From assembly GCA_963745235.1 (NCBI GenBank), contig CAVUXE010000052.1:96001-160000 (forward strand): DNA of 64,000 nucleotides. Reading direction: 5' to 3'. The position numbers and the translations under genes were made by a program. The stretch is from an uncultured Spirochaetota bacterium (GTDB taxonomy: Bacteria > Spirochaetota > Spirochaetia > SZUA-6 > Fen-1364). Under the pieces are notes generated by a model, which ran no database searches, was not told where the DNA came from, and worked only from the letters and a program-made list of their open reading frames with translations. The number at the start of each line of letters is the position of its first letter. Position 1 is the stretch's first letter. Positions 9,598 to 19,319 of the stretch are shown here, piece by piece.

Positions 9598-11891
9598 CTA
9601 TTCCCAGAGCGTCGAAATTTCTTCTTGGATATTTCTTGCCAGACCCTTTATCTGACTCTTCTTTTTTTCCATGGCTCTGTGGATCGCAATGATCCGCTTT
9701 TGTGCCTGTCGATTAGGCAGTGGAACCTTGATTGTGAGAAAGATATCATCTGGAATGCTTCTTCTCCGATCAACGGCTCCTTGCATGAGTTGTTTGTATA
9801 CCTCACGCATTTTTAGCGATCGCAATAGCAACTCCAAAAAGGTCATATTAGTCTTTGAACGCCTCAGTTTCCAAATCTTGTATGCCGGACTAACAGCGGC
9901 TGCATCATACTTCGTTTGAAATCCCAATACTCCTTCATCAATTGGAAAGCCAACGACGAGTTCATTACGATAGGCTTTCTTGTAATGTGCGATATCGCTA
10001 CTTGCAATTCTTTTTCTAAATTTATCTCCCTGGTCGATCAGTCCATCGTTCATTGTTATCGACATAATTGGCAAGTCTAAATTTCCTACGCGGTCTTTCC
10101 CGGAAATCTCCAATAAATCGCCAAAAGTCAATTCAGTCGTTCCAGGGGCAAACGATTCATTCATTCGTATATAAGGCCCAGCGGTCAGAACATACTGATT
10201 GTTGGCGACCTCTCCAATTTCAATTTTCGAAACACCTATCTTCGTAGCATAGTCTTGAGGTTGAATATCGAGTTCTTTTTCTGACAATACTAGTTCCAGA
10301 TCGTTTATTCCCTCGACCTTCCTACGCTTTCTGTCCAAAGTGTATCCGTCGTTTTGAACGTTGAAGAACCAATAATGATCTTTGGTTTTTGAAATCCTTA
10401 CATCCGTGAGATAGAGAATGCTAGCCTTAGTCCGATTATAAGGCTCAAAAGCCCCCCTTGGCAACGAGATGACGCTCTTTAGCGTCGAATTCTCAAGCAA
10501 TAATCTTCTAACGCTGCCGAAGCTTCTGTCGTTCTTGTTCGACAAAAAACCGTCAGGCGCGATTATTGCCATGCGGCCACCGCGCTTCAAGGACCGGAAA
10601 CAATGCTGTGGACAAACGAGGTCGCCGTTCCTACTGGGAACAGAATATTTCTCTCCGTAGCGCGTCTTTTGAGCAAATGGATAGTTTGTTATAACAAGGT
10701 CGAACTTGTCGTCAACGGGATTCGCCAGACTGTCTAGTCTCTCTATGTTATTATGGCCGTCCCCAGCAAGGATCATGTTCATTTTTGCGATGCTTGCTGT
10801 CCGTGTCAATTCACGACCATAAAGAGTAGATTCTCTTAAGCGCTTTTGATTTACTTCTGTATGGGCCATATTGGCCATAATATGTTTGAAAGCTACAATC
10901 AGCATTCCTCCCGTGCCACAGAATGGATCGTAGATCGTTTCTCCGATTTGTGGATTGACGAGTTTGACCAGCGTCTTGACAATATGTCGTGGCGTAAATA
11001 TCTCGCCCAAATCTGATGGATTGCTTGCGCTGTAAGACCGTATGAAGTACTCGAATGCGTCTCCCTTGACGTCAGCGTTGATATCCGTCAGCTGCAAGTC
11101 ATCAAGTAATCTGATAATCTCTCTCAAGTTATCTGGGTGCCGGATTTTTAGGCCCCTAAACAGACTTTCGTCTTTATACTCGCTTGAAAACCACTTCAGC
11201 ACCGTATCGCCAACGTAACTAAGTAATTCTGTCCCCTTCTTCTCCTTAAAGTAGTTCCAGCGGTAGACATGATCGATGCTCGATGGTTACCGGTAGCCTC
11301 CTTGCCATCCTCGACTTCGCTGAGAACTTTCAAGAACAAGATGTTGGAGAACTCGGTGAATCTTTCGAGACCTTGCTGCAATCCCTCTTCTCGTAGCAAA
11401 TCGTTAACGCGCTCAAAAACGGAAATCAGTTCGCTCCTCGACTTTATTACCCTCTTATTGAGTGTATTGACTTCGTTTGAAGACAGAAACCGGAGTGCCA
11501 GCGCCTCACGTATGAGCTCATCTACTTCTTCGCCGTTCAACACCAGCGGTCTATCAAACTTCACATGCATCGTTTTCGTAAAGACACCATCCGTCGCAAA
11601 GACGATGGGTGCCTCTAAGGCTTTGGCGTATTCGATTCCTTGACCGAGAGCTTCTTGTATATTTCGTCCCGGCCTTTTCGCCTCAATTACTGCAATAGGG
11701 TCGTTCCCCATACTAGGATATAGGACATAGTCAGGTCTCTTGCCATGCAAGTTTCGTCTTTGCGCTTCCGTTTTCACACGCTGTTGATAGACGTTTCGGT
11801 CCCGCGCCCTCGGATTCGAACTCCATCCCAGATTCCTAAGCTGAGTATCTATCAGGACTTCAGTGTCACGCTCAATTGACAAAGTACTCAT
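9598..11891 (-). CDS. Single-chain restriction-modification enzyme: PD-(D/E)xK nuclease + N6-adenine MTase + one TRD (frameshift near 11288)
   Basis: PDYVL...IEAK; GEIFTPRHIV; YDPFCGTGG; motif IV NYPF; HsdS-like VSPAY...I.VPLP...Q.RI; one added base joins the two ORFs. Confidence 0.85.
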
Positions 11892-12049
11892 TGATCATAG
11901 CCTTTTTTGTCGCTGAAACGTGTTCTGACAATTAATATCATTCATGCTTACTATCGGCCTATCTGCAAAGCCAGTTGAACCTTCTCAAGAGTGCACGGGG
12001 TGATATGGCCTTATAATGGTCTTCTGCTCCCCTTCCGGACAGTGTCTCT

Positions 12050-12103
12050 TGAGATTGCCCTATTGATCTCGTCCCTGTTGGACGTGAGCTGGCACATACG
12101 ATC
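12050..12103 (-). pseudogene. Integrase C-terminal tail copy D
   Basis: DRMCQLTSNRDEINRAIS vs integrase DRMRQLTPWKKKLNEAIQ (9/18 identical). Confidence 0.7.
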
Positions 12104-12494
12104 ATAGCAGCCCTTCTATGGCCTCTCTCGCTGCCTCGAGTTCCGCTACCCTCTCCGCGATCGAAGGATGATCGTAGATGTCCGTCGTCTCCTCCGATGG
12201 ATGGCCGAGCAGCTTGGGCAATAAGCCCGGTTTCGGCATGTTCCTACGAAAGACGGTGGTAAAAGTGTGACGAAAGGAGTGCGCAACCAGGTTGCGGTCG
12301 CCTACGACAATCGGAGGCGGCAGCTGCTTCTCCTTGGCTTCACGTGCGAGTCGCTCTATGGCTCGAGAAAATGCACTCGGTCCCTGTAGCTCGATCTCTT
12401 CAGCCGATCGCCTTGTTGATCTCTTCCCTATAGGGAGCGAGTTGACGCATCCGCTCCAGGAGGACCGGGACATATGGCGCTCGGAAACGCTCAC
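12102..12494 (-). pseudogene. Second tyrosine-recombinase catalytic C-terminal fragment (copy C; homology about 12102-12390)
   Basis: HSFRHTF...LLGH...TT.IYDHP motifs; lacks the first catalytic Arg and the N-terminal domains. Confidence 0.8.
12400..12491 (-). pseudogene. Integrase C-terminal tail copy B
   Basis: Alternative frame PVLLERMRQLAPYREEINKAIG-stop vs integrase PVLIDRMRQLTPWKKKLNEAIQ-stop (12/22 identical, same stop position). Confidence 0.85.
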
Positions 12495-13675
12495 TGGATC
12501 GCCTCGTTGAGTTTCTTTTTCCAGGGTGTGAGCTGGCGCATGCGGTCGATCAACACTGGCTGATCATAGTGCTCCGGCATCGCGGGATCGATATGTCCCA
12601 TAATGGCCATGAGGACTTCTTGTGGGAGAATCGGGCGGAAGACCGAGTCGAAGGTGTAGCGTCCCGAGTACGGTATGATCTTCCGCCCCGCTGCGGGGAT
12701 CTTCGCGCGATCGACGGCCACATGTAGACGGGAATGGAGCAGCTCCGGCCGGATCGGCGCGCCGTTGTAAATGAAAAGGAAATCCCGCGGCTTCTGCGCT
12801 GATAGCCAAGCCTCGAGGACTTTCATCGCCCAATCGATCAGGAATGTCCCTCGATAGCGTTTGTCACGCTCCCCGCCCATCTTGAGGTAAGGCAGAACCT
12901 TCCCTTCGGAGCTCATCGACCTGGTCACCAGCAGGACGGAAAGCTTCTTGAGAAGCTGCTCAGGGGCTACCGCACGGGCCTCCTGGGGACGAAGCCCTCC
13001 GAAAAACAGCACGGAGGCGCATGCAGCCAGGGCAAGGCCTGCGTCCTTGGGCTCCCGCCGTGCCTTTTCACGGGGATCGCCCCAGAGCTCGCGCAGAGAG
13101 GCCTTGTCGCGCGGGAAGAGCTGCTTCAGCTCCTGGATCGTCAGCGTTGAGGGTTTCGCGGACTGCTTTGAGGGAAGCTCAATGTCAGGGACGACGTGGA
13201 TGATCTGCCGGCGCTTTGCTTCTTTGAGTATCCGAATCAACGTCGCAGTCACATTGCGGCGTCCACGATTGCTCATGTCCAGGCCGTAGATCCAGTCGTC
13301 AATGCCCTCCGAAGTCAGATCTGCCAGGGCTTCTTCGCCCAGGCCTGGGATAATGTGCAAACGGACATTGAGCTCGTGCTCCTGCAGCGTATGCGGGGCG
13401 AGCGACCGATTGCCGCGTCTCCGCGCCTGGCGCTGTGCCCAGGGTCCCCCGGGAGTGAAGAGGTGCTTCGCGAGTTCCTTCACCTTCGCGCTGGATCCCC
13501 GAACCTTCTGCCCGCGGAGATCCTCGATCAGACGCTCGACCTCCGCGCGCGATTGGAAGGGATCCCCGGTCTCTGGATGAACGATGATGCGACGGCGCTT
13601 GCCGTTTTCAGTCGCGTTGAGAGCCCAGCGGCGGACACCATTGACCAGAGGCCGGAAGGGCCTGTATCTGCGCAT
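12491..13675 (-). CDS. Tyrosine-type integrase/recombinase
   Basis: Core-binding domain (HIIPGLG...L.DLT...IDDW); GGLRPQE; YSGRYTF; MGH; HYD; adjacent to att/tRNA. Confidence 0.9.
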   Translation of the reverse strand: MRRYRPFRPLVNGVRRWALNATENGKRRRIIVHPETGDPFQSRAEVERLIEDLRGQKVRGSSAKVKELAKHLFTPGGPWAQRQARRRGNRSLAPHTLQEHELNVRLHIIPGLGEEALADLTSEGIDDWIYGLDMSNRGRRNVTATLIRILKEAKRRQIIHVVPDIELPSKQSAKPSTLTIQELKQLFPRDKASLRELWGDPREKARREPKDAGLALAACASVLFFGGLRPQEARAVAPEQLLKKLSVLLVTRSMSSEGKVLPYLKMGGERDKRYRGTFLIDWAMKVLEAWLSAQKPRDFLFIYNGAPIRPELLHSRLHVAVDRAKIPAAGRKIIPYSGRYTFDSVFRPILPQEVLMAIMGHIDPAMPEHYDQPVLIDRMRQLTPWKKKLNEAIQ

Positions 13676-13737
13676 TTCTTTAAGCAGATTGTAGGATCCT
13701 GGCAAATGGAAGTCAATCGAAAAATGTCTTGTGGAAT

Positions 13738-13779
13738 AAAAAATCCCCAATCCTGTAATTGCTTACAGGGCTGGGGATT
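13738..13779 (-). terminator. Hairpin/intrinsic terminator downstream of tRNA-Pro, inside the island
   Basis: AATCCCCA-TCCTGTAA/TTACAGGG-TGGGGATT stem followed by a T-run on the minus strand. Confidence 0.7.
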
Positions 13780-13782
13780 GAG

Positions 13783-13855
13783 TCGGGCTGGCCGGGTTTG
13801 AACCGGCGGCCTTTCGGTCCCGAACCGAACGCGCTACCAACTGCGCTACAGCCCG
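13783..13855 (-). tRNA. tRNA-Pro(CGG)
   Basis: Cloverleaf CGGGCTG...CAGCCCG-A; anticodon loop TTCGGGA; GGTTCAAAC T-loop; no encoded CCA. Confidence 0.97.
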
Positions 13856-13952
13856 AAGAGTGCGATTCTTGCTGCTGATGCCGCGACCCGCTGAAACCCT
13901 TGCGGGACGGAGCATCCCCGACGAAGCCCTGTATTTTCGATGAAAAAAAGAG

Positions 13953-14026
13953 CGGGAGCGACGGGACTTGAACCCGCGGCCTCCGGCTTGACAGGCCAGC
14001 GCGATAACCAGCTTCGCCACGCCCCC
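13953..14026 (-). tRNA. tRNA-Asp(GTC)
   Basis: GGGGGCG/CGCTCCC acceptor stem; anticodon loop CTGTCAA; GGTTCAAGTCC. Confidence 0.97.
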
Positions 14027-14035
14027 GTTGAGCTG

Positions 14036-14065
14036 AATGTACCAGCCATGCACGCGCAATGTCAA
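14036..14065 (-). promoter_or_regulatory. Sigma70-type promoter for tRNA-Asp/tRNA-Pro
   Basis: TTGACA-18nt-TACATT with TG extension. Confidence 0.65.
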
Positions 14066-14142
14066 GGCATGGACATGACGGTGCGGGCGGCCGCGGCCTC
14101 CGCATGGGGTATACCGGGGGGGCCCAGCGGCGGCGGGCCGCA

Positions 14143-14172
14143 TTGACAGCCGCGCATGCCGCGTGGTAACTT
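14143..14172 (+). promoter_or_regulatory. Sigma70-type promoter for the PPIase gene
   Basis: TTGACA-18nt-TAACTT with TG extension. Confidence 0.55.
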
Positions 14173-14209
14173 TTCCTGTCGACACTTAACCTCCATACAG
14201 GAAAAGGCA

Positions 14210-15763
14210 ATGCCATCACGAGACATCAGACGAGCACAAGGGAAAAAAGGAGAGACCGTCTCCGACGCGATAGAAAAGAGGCACGAGAGCCATCCCTTCA
14301 TCTACGGTTTCAGCATAGTCGTCCTTGTGGTCATCGTCGTCACATTCGTCCTGGCGGGCCCCGGCGGTCCAATGACCCGCGGCAGCTTCGGCAGCGGGCA
14401 GTCAATTGTATTCGGCTCCTATGAAGGGCACGATGTTGCCTACTACCCCGGCGGGTACTTCGCCCAGCAGCGGGACAGGCTTGCGGCGCAGGTCCGGCAG
14501 AGCTCCTCTCAGCAGAACACGGAGGCCATGGTCCAGGCGGTCTGGTACCAGGCATTCCAACAGACCGCAATGCATGTTGCCGTGCTGGCTCTTGGCGCGA
14601 AGGCTGGCCTTCATGTCTCGGATGACGCGGTGGACAAGGCGCTCATAAACTACCCGGGCTACCTTGATGACAACGGCAGGTTCAGCGAAGAGAGGTACCA
14701 GAAAGCCTCGGGCCAGGAAAAGGAGAGCACGCGGAAGCTCTATCGAGAGAACCTGCTGACCTCCCTGATAGCCACGGACATCCTCGCGGGGGTCAAGACC
14801 GGAACGAAGGAATCGAGCTTCATCGTCTCCATGGTCAAGCCTGAGCGGAGCTTCCAGTTCGCAAGCTTCTCTTTCTCCACCTTCCCGCAGGGGGAGGTTC
14901 GAAAATACGCTGAGGCCAACAAGTCCCGCTTCCGCAAGATCAAGGTGAGCAGGATCCTCGTGAAGAGCGGGGACGCGGAAGCGACGCAGATCAGGCGCAA
15001 AATCGTGGAGAAGACGAGCACCTTCCAGGAGCTGGCCAAGACCTACTCCAAGGACGCATACGCCGACAACGGCGGGGACATGGGTTGGCGCTACGCGTAC
15101 GACCTGCAGGCTGATTTCGAGAACAAGGACACGGTGAACCAGATCTTCAACCTCAGGACGGGTGACGTGAGTGACGTCCTGAAGGGGACGTACGGCTGGA
15201 TGGTCTATCGCTGCGACGCGGATCCGACGGACCCTGATCTGTCAAACCCCAGCGTTCTTGATGACGTCAAGGCGTACCTCACGAAGTACGAGAAAGGCAA
15301 AATCGAGGACTACTTCAACGGGCAGGCCGCGCAGCTGACACGGGGTGCCGCTGACATCGGTTTCGACAAGGCGGCCATGCAGGCCGGGCTGAAAGTGAAG
15401 CGCACGGACTACTTCCCCGTCAACCTGGAGAACGTCTTTTCCTTTGCGCCGCTGCAGGCGGTCCCCGAGACGGACACGCCCTCCAATGCTGTCAATAGCG
15501 AGGACTTCTTCTATCGGGCATTCTCCCTGGGCAAGGACCAGGCCTCGGCGCCTGTTGTCCTTGACGACCAGGTCATGGTTCTCAAGCTGCTCGGAGAACG
15601 CCAAATGCCCGACACGACCGTCAACCTGCTCGGGAACTGGATAGACTACATGGCAGGGCAGTCTGCCCAGGCGGACCTCACGGCCCAGTTGATGGCCCCG
15701 GGGAAGCTCACGGACAACTTCGAGGAAGTCTTCTCACAGTACGTCATGCCGCGGCGGCAATAG
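14210..15763 (+). CDS. Membrane-anchored parvulin-type PPIase/chaperone (PpiD/SurA-like)
   Basis: N-terminal TM, SurA_N-like region, rotamase motif F.ELAKTYSKD....GGDMGW. Confidence 0.85.
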   Translation: MPSRDIRRAQGKKGETVSDAIEKRHESHPFIYGFSIVVLVVIVVTFVLAGPGGPMTRGSFGSGQSIVFGSYEGHDVAYYPGGYFAQQRDRLAAQVRQSSSQQNTEAMVQAVWYQAFQQTAMHVAVLALGAKAGLHVSDDAVDKALINYPGYLDDNGRFSEERYQKASGQEKESTRKLYRENLLTSLIATDILAGVKTGTKESSFIVSMVKPERSFQFASFSFSTFPQGEVRKYAEANKSRFRKIKVSRILVKSGDAEATQIRRKIVEKTSTFQELAKTYSKDAYADNGGDMGWRYAYDLQADFENKDTVNQIFNLRTGDVSDVLKGTYGWMVYRCDADPTDPDLSNPSVLDDVKAYLTKYEKGKIEDYFNGQAAQLTRGAADIGFDKAAMQAGLKVKRTDYFPVNLENVFSFAPLQAVPETDTPSNAVNSEDFFYRAFSLGKDQASAPVVLDDQVMVLKLLGERQMPDTTVNLLGNWIDYMAGQSAQADLTAQLMAPGKLTDNFEEVFSQYVMPRRQ

Positions 15764-15770
15764 GCCGAGC

Positions 15771-17385
15771 ATGACGGAAGAGGAGCCCTCCCTTGTCCGC
15801 ACGGAAAACGGCTTTACGGCGGTCTGGAGGGGCCTGAATCTCTACCCCGCCTCTGATCCTGTTGAATACGCGCGCCGAAAGGCGCGCGTTTTTTCGTTCC
15901 CGCCTCGCACGCTCGTCTATGTGCCGTCCGTTGGCCTGGGATACGGCCTGGAGGACCTTCTCTCCCGTCTCCCGCCGACTTCGTCCGTTCTGTGCGTCGA
16001 AGCGCACCAGCCGCTCATGGCGCTCGCAATGGCGCGGGGCCTGCCTCGAGATGCCAGGCTGTTCATCCTTCGAGCGGACGACGAAAACGCGGTGACCCGC
16101 ACGGTGAGGGAAATCGGCGTGTCACGTTTTCGCAGGGTCGTTGAGGTCCCGCTGAGCGCGGGCTACCGGCTGGCTCCCGCGGTGTATGCCCGCATTCGTC
16201 GGGCGCTGGAAGGCCAGGTTCACGAGTACTGGAGGAACAGGCTCACGCTGATTGCGCTGGGCAGCCTCCAGGTGCGGAACGTGTTTGCAAACATCGCCCT
16301 GTTTCCCATGGCCGGAGATTTCGCGGCGCTTTCCACTTCCCTGCCGGTGATTGTTGCTGGTGCGGGACCTTCGCTGGAAGAAATGATCCCGACGCTGCAC
16401 GCCGTCAGGAAGGATTCTCTCCTGGTCGCGGTGGACACGGCGCTGCCACGGCTTGCCACGGAGTCCTTGTGGCCCGACCTGGTTGTTGCCCTCGAAGCGC
16501 AGGAGGCGAACCTTCGCGATTTCCTTCCTCCGCCACCGGCGGGAATGCTCCTGGCATGCGAGCTCTCCTCCCTCCCGTCGATTCCGCGTCTTTTTCGGGA
16601 CAGAGTGCGCTTCTTTTCCTCGGAGTTCGCGCCCCTGCAGCTTTTTGCCAGGATGGCGAGCGCGCGGCTTCTCCCCTGCCCTTTTCCAGCTCTCGGGTCG
16701 GTCGGCGTGGCGGCAGTAAACGCGGCTCTTCGTCTCACCAGCGGGGAAATCTTCCTCACGGGGCTGGATTTCAGCTATCCGCGCCTCCAGACCCATGCGC
16801 GGGGCACGCCGTACCATCTTTCAGCGCTGGCGGGGGCCTCCCGTCTGAGCGCTCCTGACGGCCCCTCTTTCCGCGCAATCTCCGCCAGGAGACGGAGGCT
16901 CGCCGAGGACAAGCACGGCAAGCGCGTTCTGACCGATTCCGTTCTGGAGTCCTACGGTGAAAGCCTGCGAAGAATTGTCGCTGGAGCCGGCGCCCGGGTG
17001 CTGGATGCAGGGTCCACGGGTCTTCCCCTGGGAGCCCCGCTCATCACCCCGAGTGAGCTGCAAGAGAGAGTGCGCGGCGCGGGAGGAAGAAGAGGCGCCC
17101 CTTGAACCAGGGTGTGCTCCTCTTTGCTCGCCGGAGTCAGTGCGCGCGTTCGTCCGGGCCGAGAGTGAGATCCTGCGCCACGGAGACGGTCTCCTTCGAG
17201 CTGCCATCAGCTCCGGGGCCGCCTCCGAGGAGTGCCTTTCGTTTCTCCGTGAAGCGGACTACACGTGGGTTCACTTCCCGGATGCGCCCGGGGATGGGAT
17301 GCCGGACCGAGGCTTTCTTGCCAGGGCACGGGCGGCGGCAGGCTACTACGCTGAGCGGCTTCGCAGGCTGGAATCACTCCTCTGA
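15771..17385 (+). CDS. DUF115/MptE-like (motility-associated factor, Maf glycosyltransferase-like) protein; frameshift near 17100
   Basis: IVAGAGPSL, AVDTA, PDLVV, GSV, GLDFSY...HA motifs; C-terminus in frame 16957..17385. Confidence 0.75.
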
Positions 17386-19176
17386 GGTCTTGAGCACGGC
17401 GAGAAACGCGGACTGGGGCAGCTCCACGTCGCCCACCATCTTCATGCGCTTCTTTCCTTCCTTCTGCTTTTCCAGCAGCTTCCGCTTGCGGGTGATGTCC
17501 CCGCCATAGCACTTCGCCGTCACGTCCTTGCGGAAGGCGTTGACCGTCTCCCGCGCAATGATCTGGCTCCCGATTGCGCCCTGGATCGCGATCTTGAACT
17601 GGTGCCGGGGGATCACGTCCCGCAGGCGCTCGCAGACGCGGCGCGCGGTCTGATAGGCGTTTCCCCGAAACACGAGCTGCGCCAGGGCGTCCACCACTTT
17701 CCCGTTCAACATGATGTCCAGCTTGACCAGCTGCGTTTCGCGGAACCCGAGGATCTGGTAATCAAACGATGCGTAGCCCCTGCTGATGGACTTCAGCCTG
17801 TCATAGAAGTCGAACACGACTTCCGCGAGAGGCATTTCGAACACCAGCTCGATTCGCTTCTCGTCCAGGTAGGTCATGCTCTTCTGCACGCCGCGCTTCT
17901 CCAGACAGAGCGTGATGATGTTGCCCAGATACTGCGACGGGGTGATCATGGAGGCCGCGATGAACGGCTCCTCCGCCCGCTGGATCTGGGAGGGGTCCGG
18001 GAAGTTTGCCGGATTGTCAACCAGGGTTTCCTTCCCGCCCTGGAGCGTGATCCTGTACTGGACCGACGGGGCCGTGAAGACGACCGACATCTCGAACTCA
18101 CGCTCCAGCCTTTCCTGGACGATCTCCAGGTGGAGGAGCCCGAGAAACCCGCAGCGAAACCCGTAGCCCAGGGCCACGGAGGAATCCTTCTCGTAGACGA
18201 GGGATGCATCGTTGAGCTTGAGCTTCGCCATGGCCTCCACGAGCTCTTCGTAGTCGTTGGCGTCAACCGGATAGATGGAGGAAAAGACGACCGGCTTGAC
18301 CTCCCGAAAGCCGGCAAGCGGCGCGGCGCACGGCCTGTCGTTGTCCGTGACCGTGTCTCCGACCCGGGTATCCGCAACGGTCTTGATTCCGGCTATGAGG
18401 TAGCCGACCTCCCCCGGGCCAAGGGAAGGGGAAGGCACCAGGCTCAGGCGGAACAGGCCCGTTTCCTCCACCTTGTAGGCGGACGCGTTCCACCAGAAGC
18501 GGATGTTCATGCCTGGCCGCAGCGTGCCTTCATAAACGCGGACGTGCACAATGACCCCGCGATACACGTCGTAGTGCGAATCGAAAATCAGGGCCTTGAG
18601 CGGCTCGCTCGGGCTTCCCGCCGGAGCCGGCACGCGCCGGACAATGGCCTCGCACAGCTCATCCACGCCCGTCCCGAGCTTCCCGGAGACCAGGAGTGCG
18701 CCCTCCGGATCCAGGCCGAGATCGTGCTTGATCTGCTTCTTCACGCCCTCGATGTCCGCGCTGGGGAGATCGATCTTGTTGATAACGGGGATGATCTCCA
18801 GGTTGTGCTCCAGCGCCATGTACATGTTCGCCAGGGTCTGCGCCTCCACGCCCTGGCTCGCGTCTATGAGGAGGACCGCGCCCTCGCAGGCGGAGATGGA
18901 GCGGGAAACCTCGTAGGAAAAATCCACGTGCCCCGGGGTGTCCACCAGGTTCAGGACGTAATCCATGCCGTCCCTTGCCGTGTAGGGAATGGCGACAGCC
19001 TGGCTCTTGATCGTGATGCCGCGCTCCCGTTCGATGTCCATGTTGTCGAGGATCTGGTCATGGAAATCCCTGTCGGACACCAGACGGGCGCGCTGGATGA
19101 ACCTGTCCGCCAGGGTGGATTTTCCATGATCTATGTGGGCGATGATGCAGAAGTTCCTGATTCTTTGATTTTCCAC
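17374..19176 (-). CDS. lepA: Elongation factor 4
   Basis: IRNFCIIAHIDHGKSTLADR; GFRCGFLGLLH; KCYGGDITRKRKLLEKQKEGKKRMK. Confidence 0.99.
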   Translation of the reverse strand: MENQRIRNFCIIAHIDHGKSTLADRFIQRARLVSDRDFHDQILDNMDIERERGITIKSQAVAIPYTARDGMDYVLNLVDTPGHVDFSYEVSRSISACEGAVLLIDASQGVEAQTLANMYMALEHNLEIIPVINKIDLPSADIEGVKKQIKHDLGLDPEGALLVSGKLGTGVDELCEAIVRRVPAPAGSPSEPLKALIFDSHYDVYRGVIVHVRVYEGTLRPGMNIRFWWNASAYKVEETGLFRLSLVPSPSLGPGEVGYLIAGIKTVADTRVGDTVTDNDRPCAAPLAGFREVKPVVFSSIYPVDANDYEELVEAMAKLKLNDASLVYEKDSSVALGYGFRCGFLGLLHLEIVQERLEREFEMSVVFTAPSVQYRITLQGGKETLVDNPANFPDPSQIQRAEEPFIAASMITPSQYLGNIITLCLEKRGVQKSMTYLDEKRIELVFEMPLAEVVFDFYDRLKSISRGYASFDYQILGFRETQLVKLDIMLNGKVVDALAQLVFRGNAYQTARRVCERLRDVIPRHQFKIAIQGAIGSQIIARETVNAFRKDVTAKCYGGDITRKRKLLEKQKEGKKRMKMVGDVELPQSAFLAVLKTSEE

Positions 19177-19216
19177 TGCTGGCGCAGTATAGACAAAGCA
19201 CCGTCTTGGTTCAATT

Positions 19217-19279
19217 GGAACGCGGGTCCGGAACGCGGGTCCAGGAACGGAAGTCCAGAACGGAGAGAACGGAGGTCCA
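19217..19279 (+). repeat. Imperfect 13-14 bp tandem repeats (GGAACGCGGGTCC consensus)
   Basis: Five units directly upstream of TTGACA at 19283. Confidence 0.75.
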
Positions 19280-19319
19280 GGCTTGACAGGGTGGGACCCC
19301 GCCCATAGGCTTGAACCCC

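Larger units (their letters stand above)
7622..13827. mobile_element. Genomic island integrated into tRNA-Pro(CGG)
   Basis: Flanking 47-bp direct repeat, integrase adjacent to the tRNA, visibly AT-richer cargo (9540-12000). Confidence 0.92.

Noticed and set aside
19217-19279. Mini-CRISPR array
   Set aside because: Units are 13-14 bp with no spacers, and there are no cas genes in the window
17602-19308. Long antisense ORFs (also 23134-24945, 46229-48100, 56826-58370)
   Set aside because: Shadow ORFs opposite lepA, ftsH, tsf/rpsB and degP, caused by high-GC codon bias
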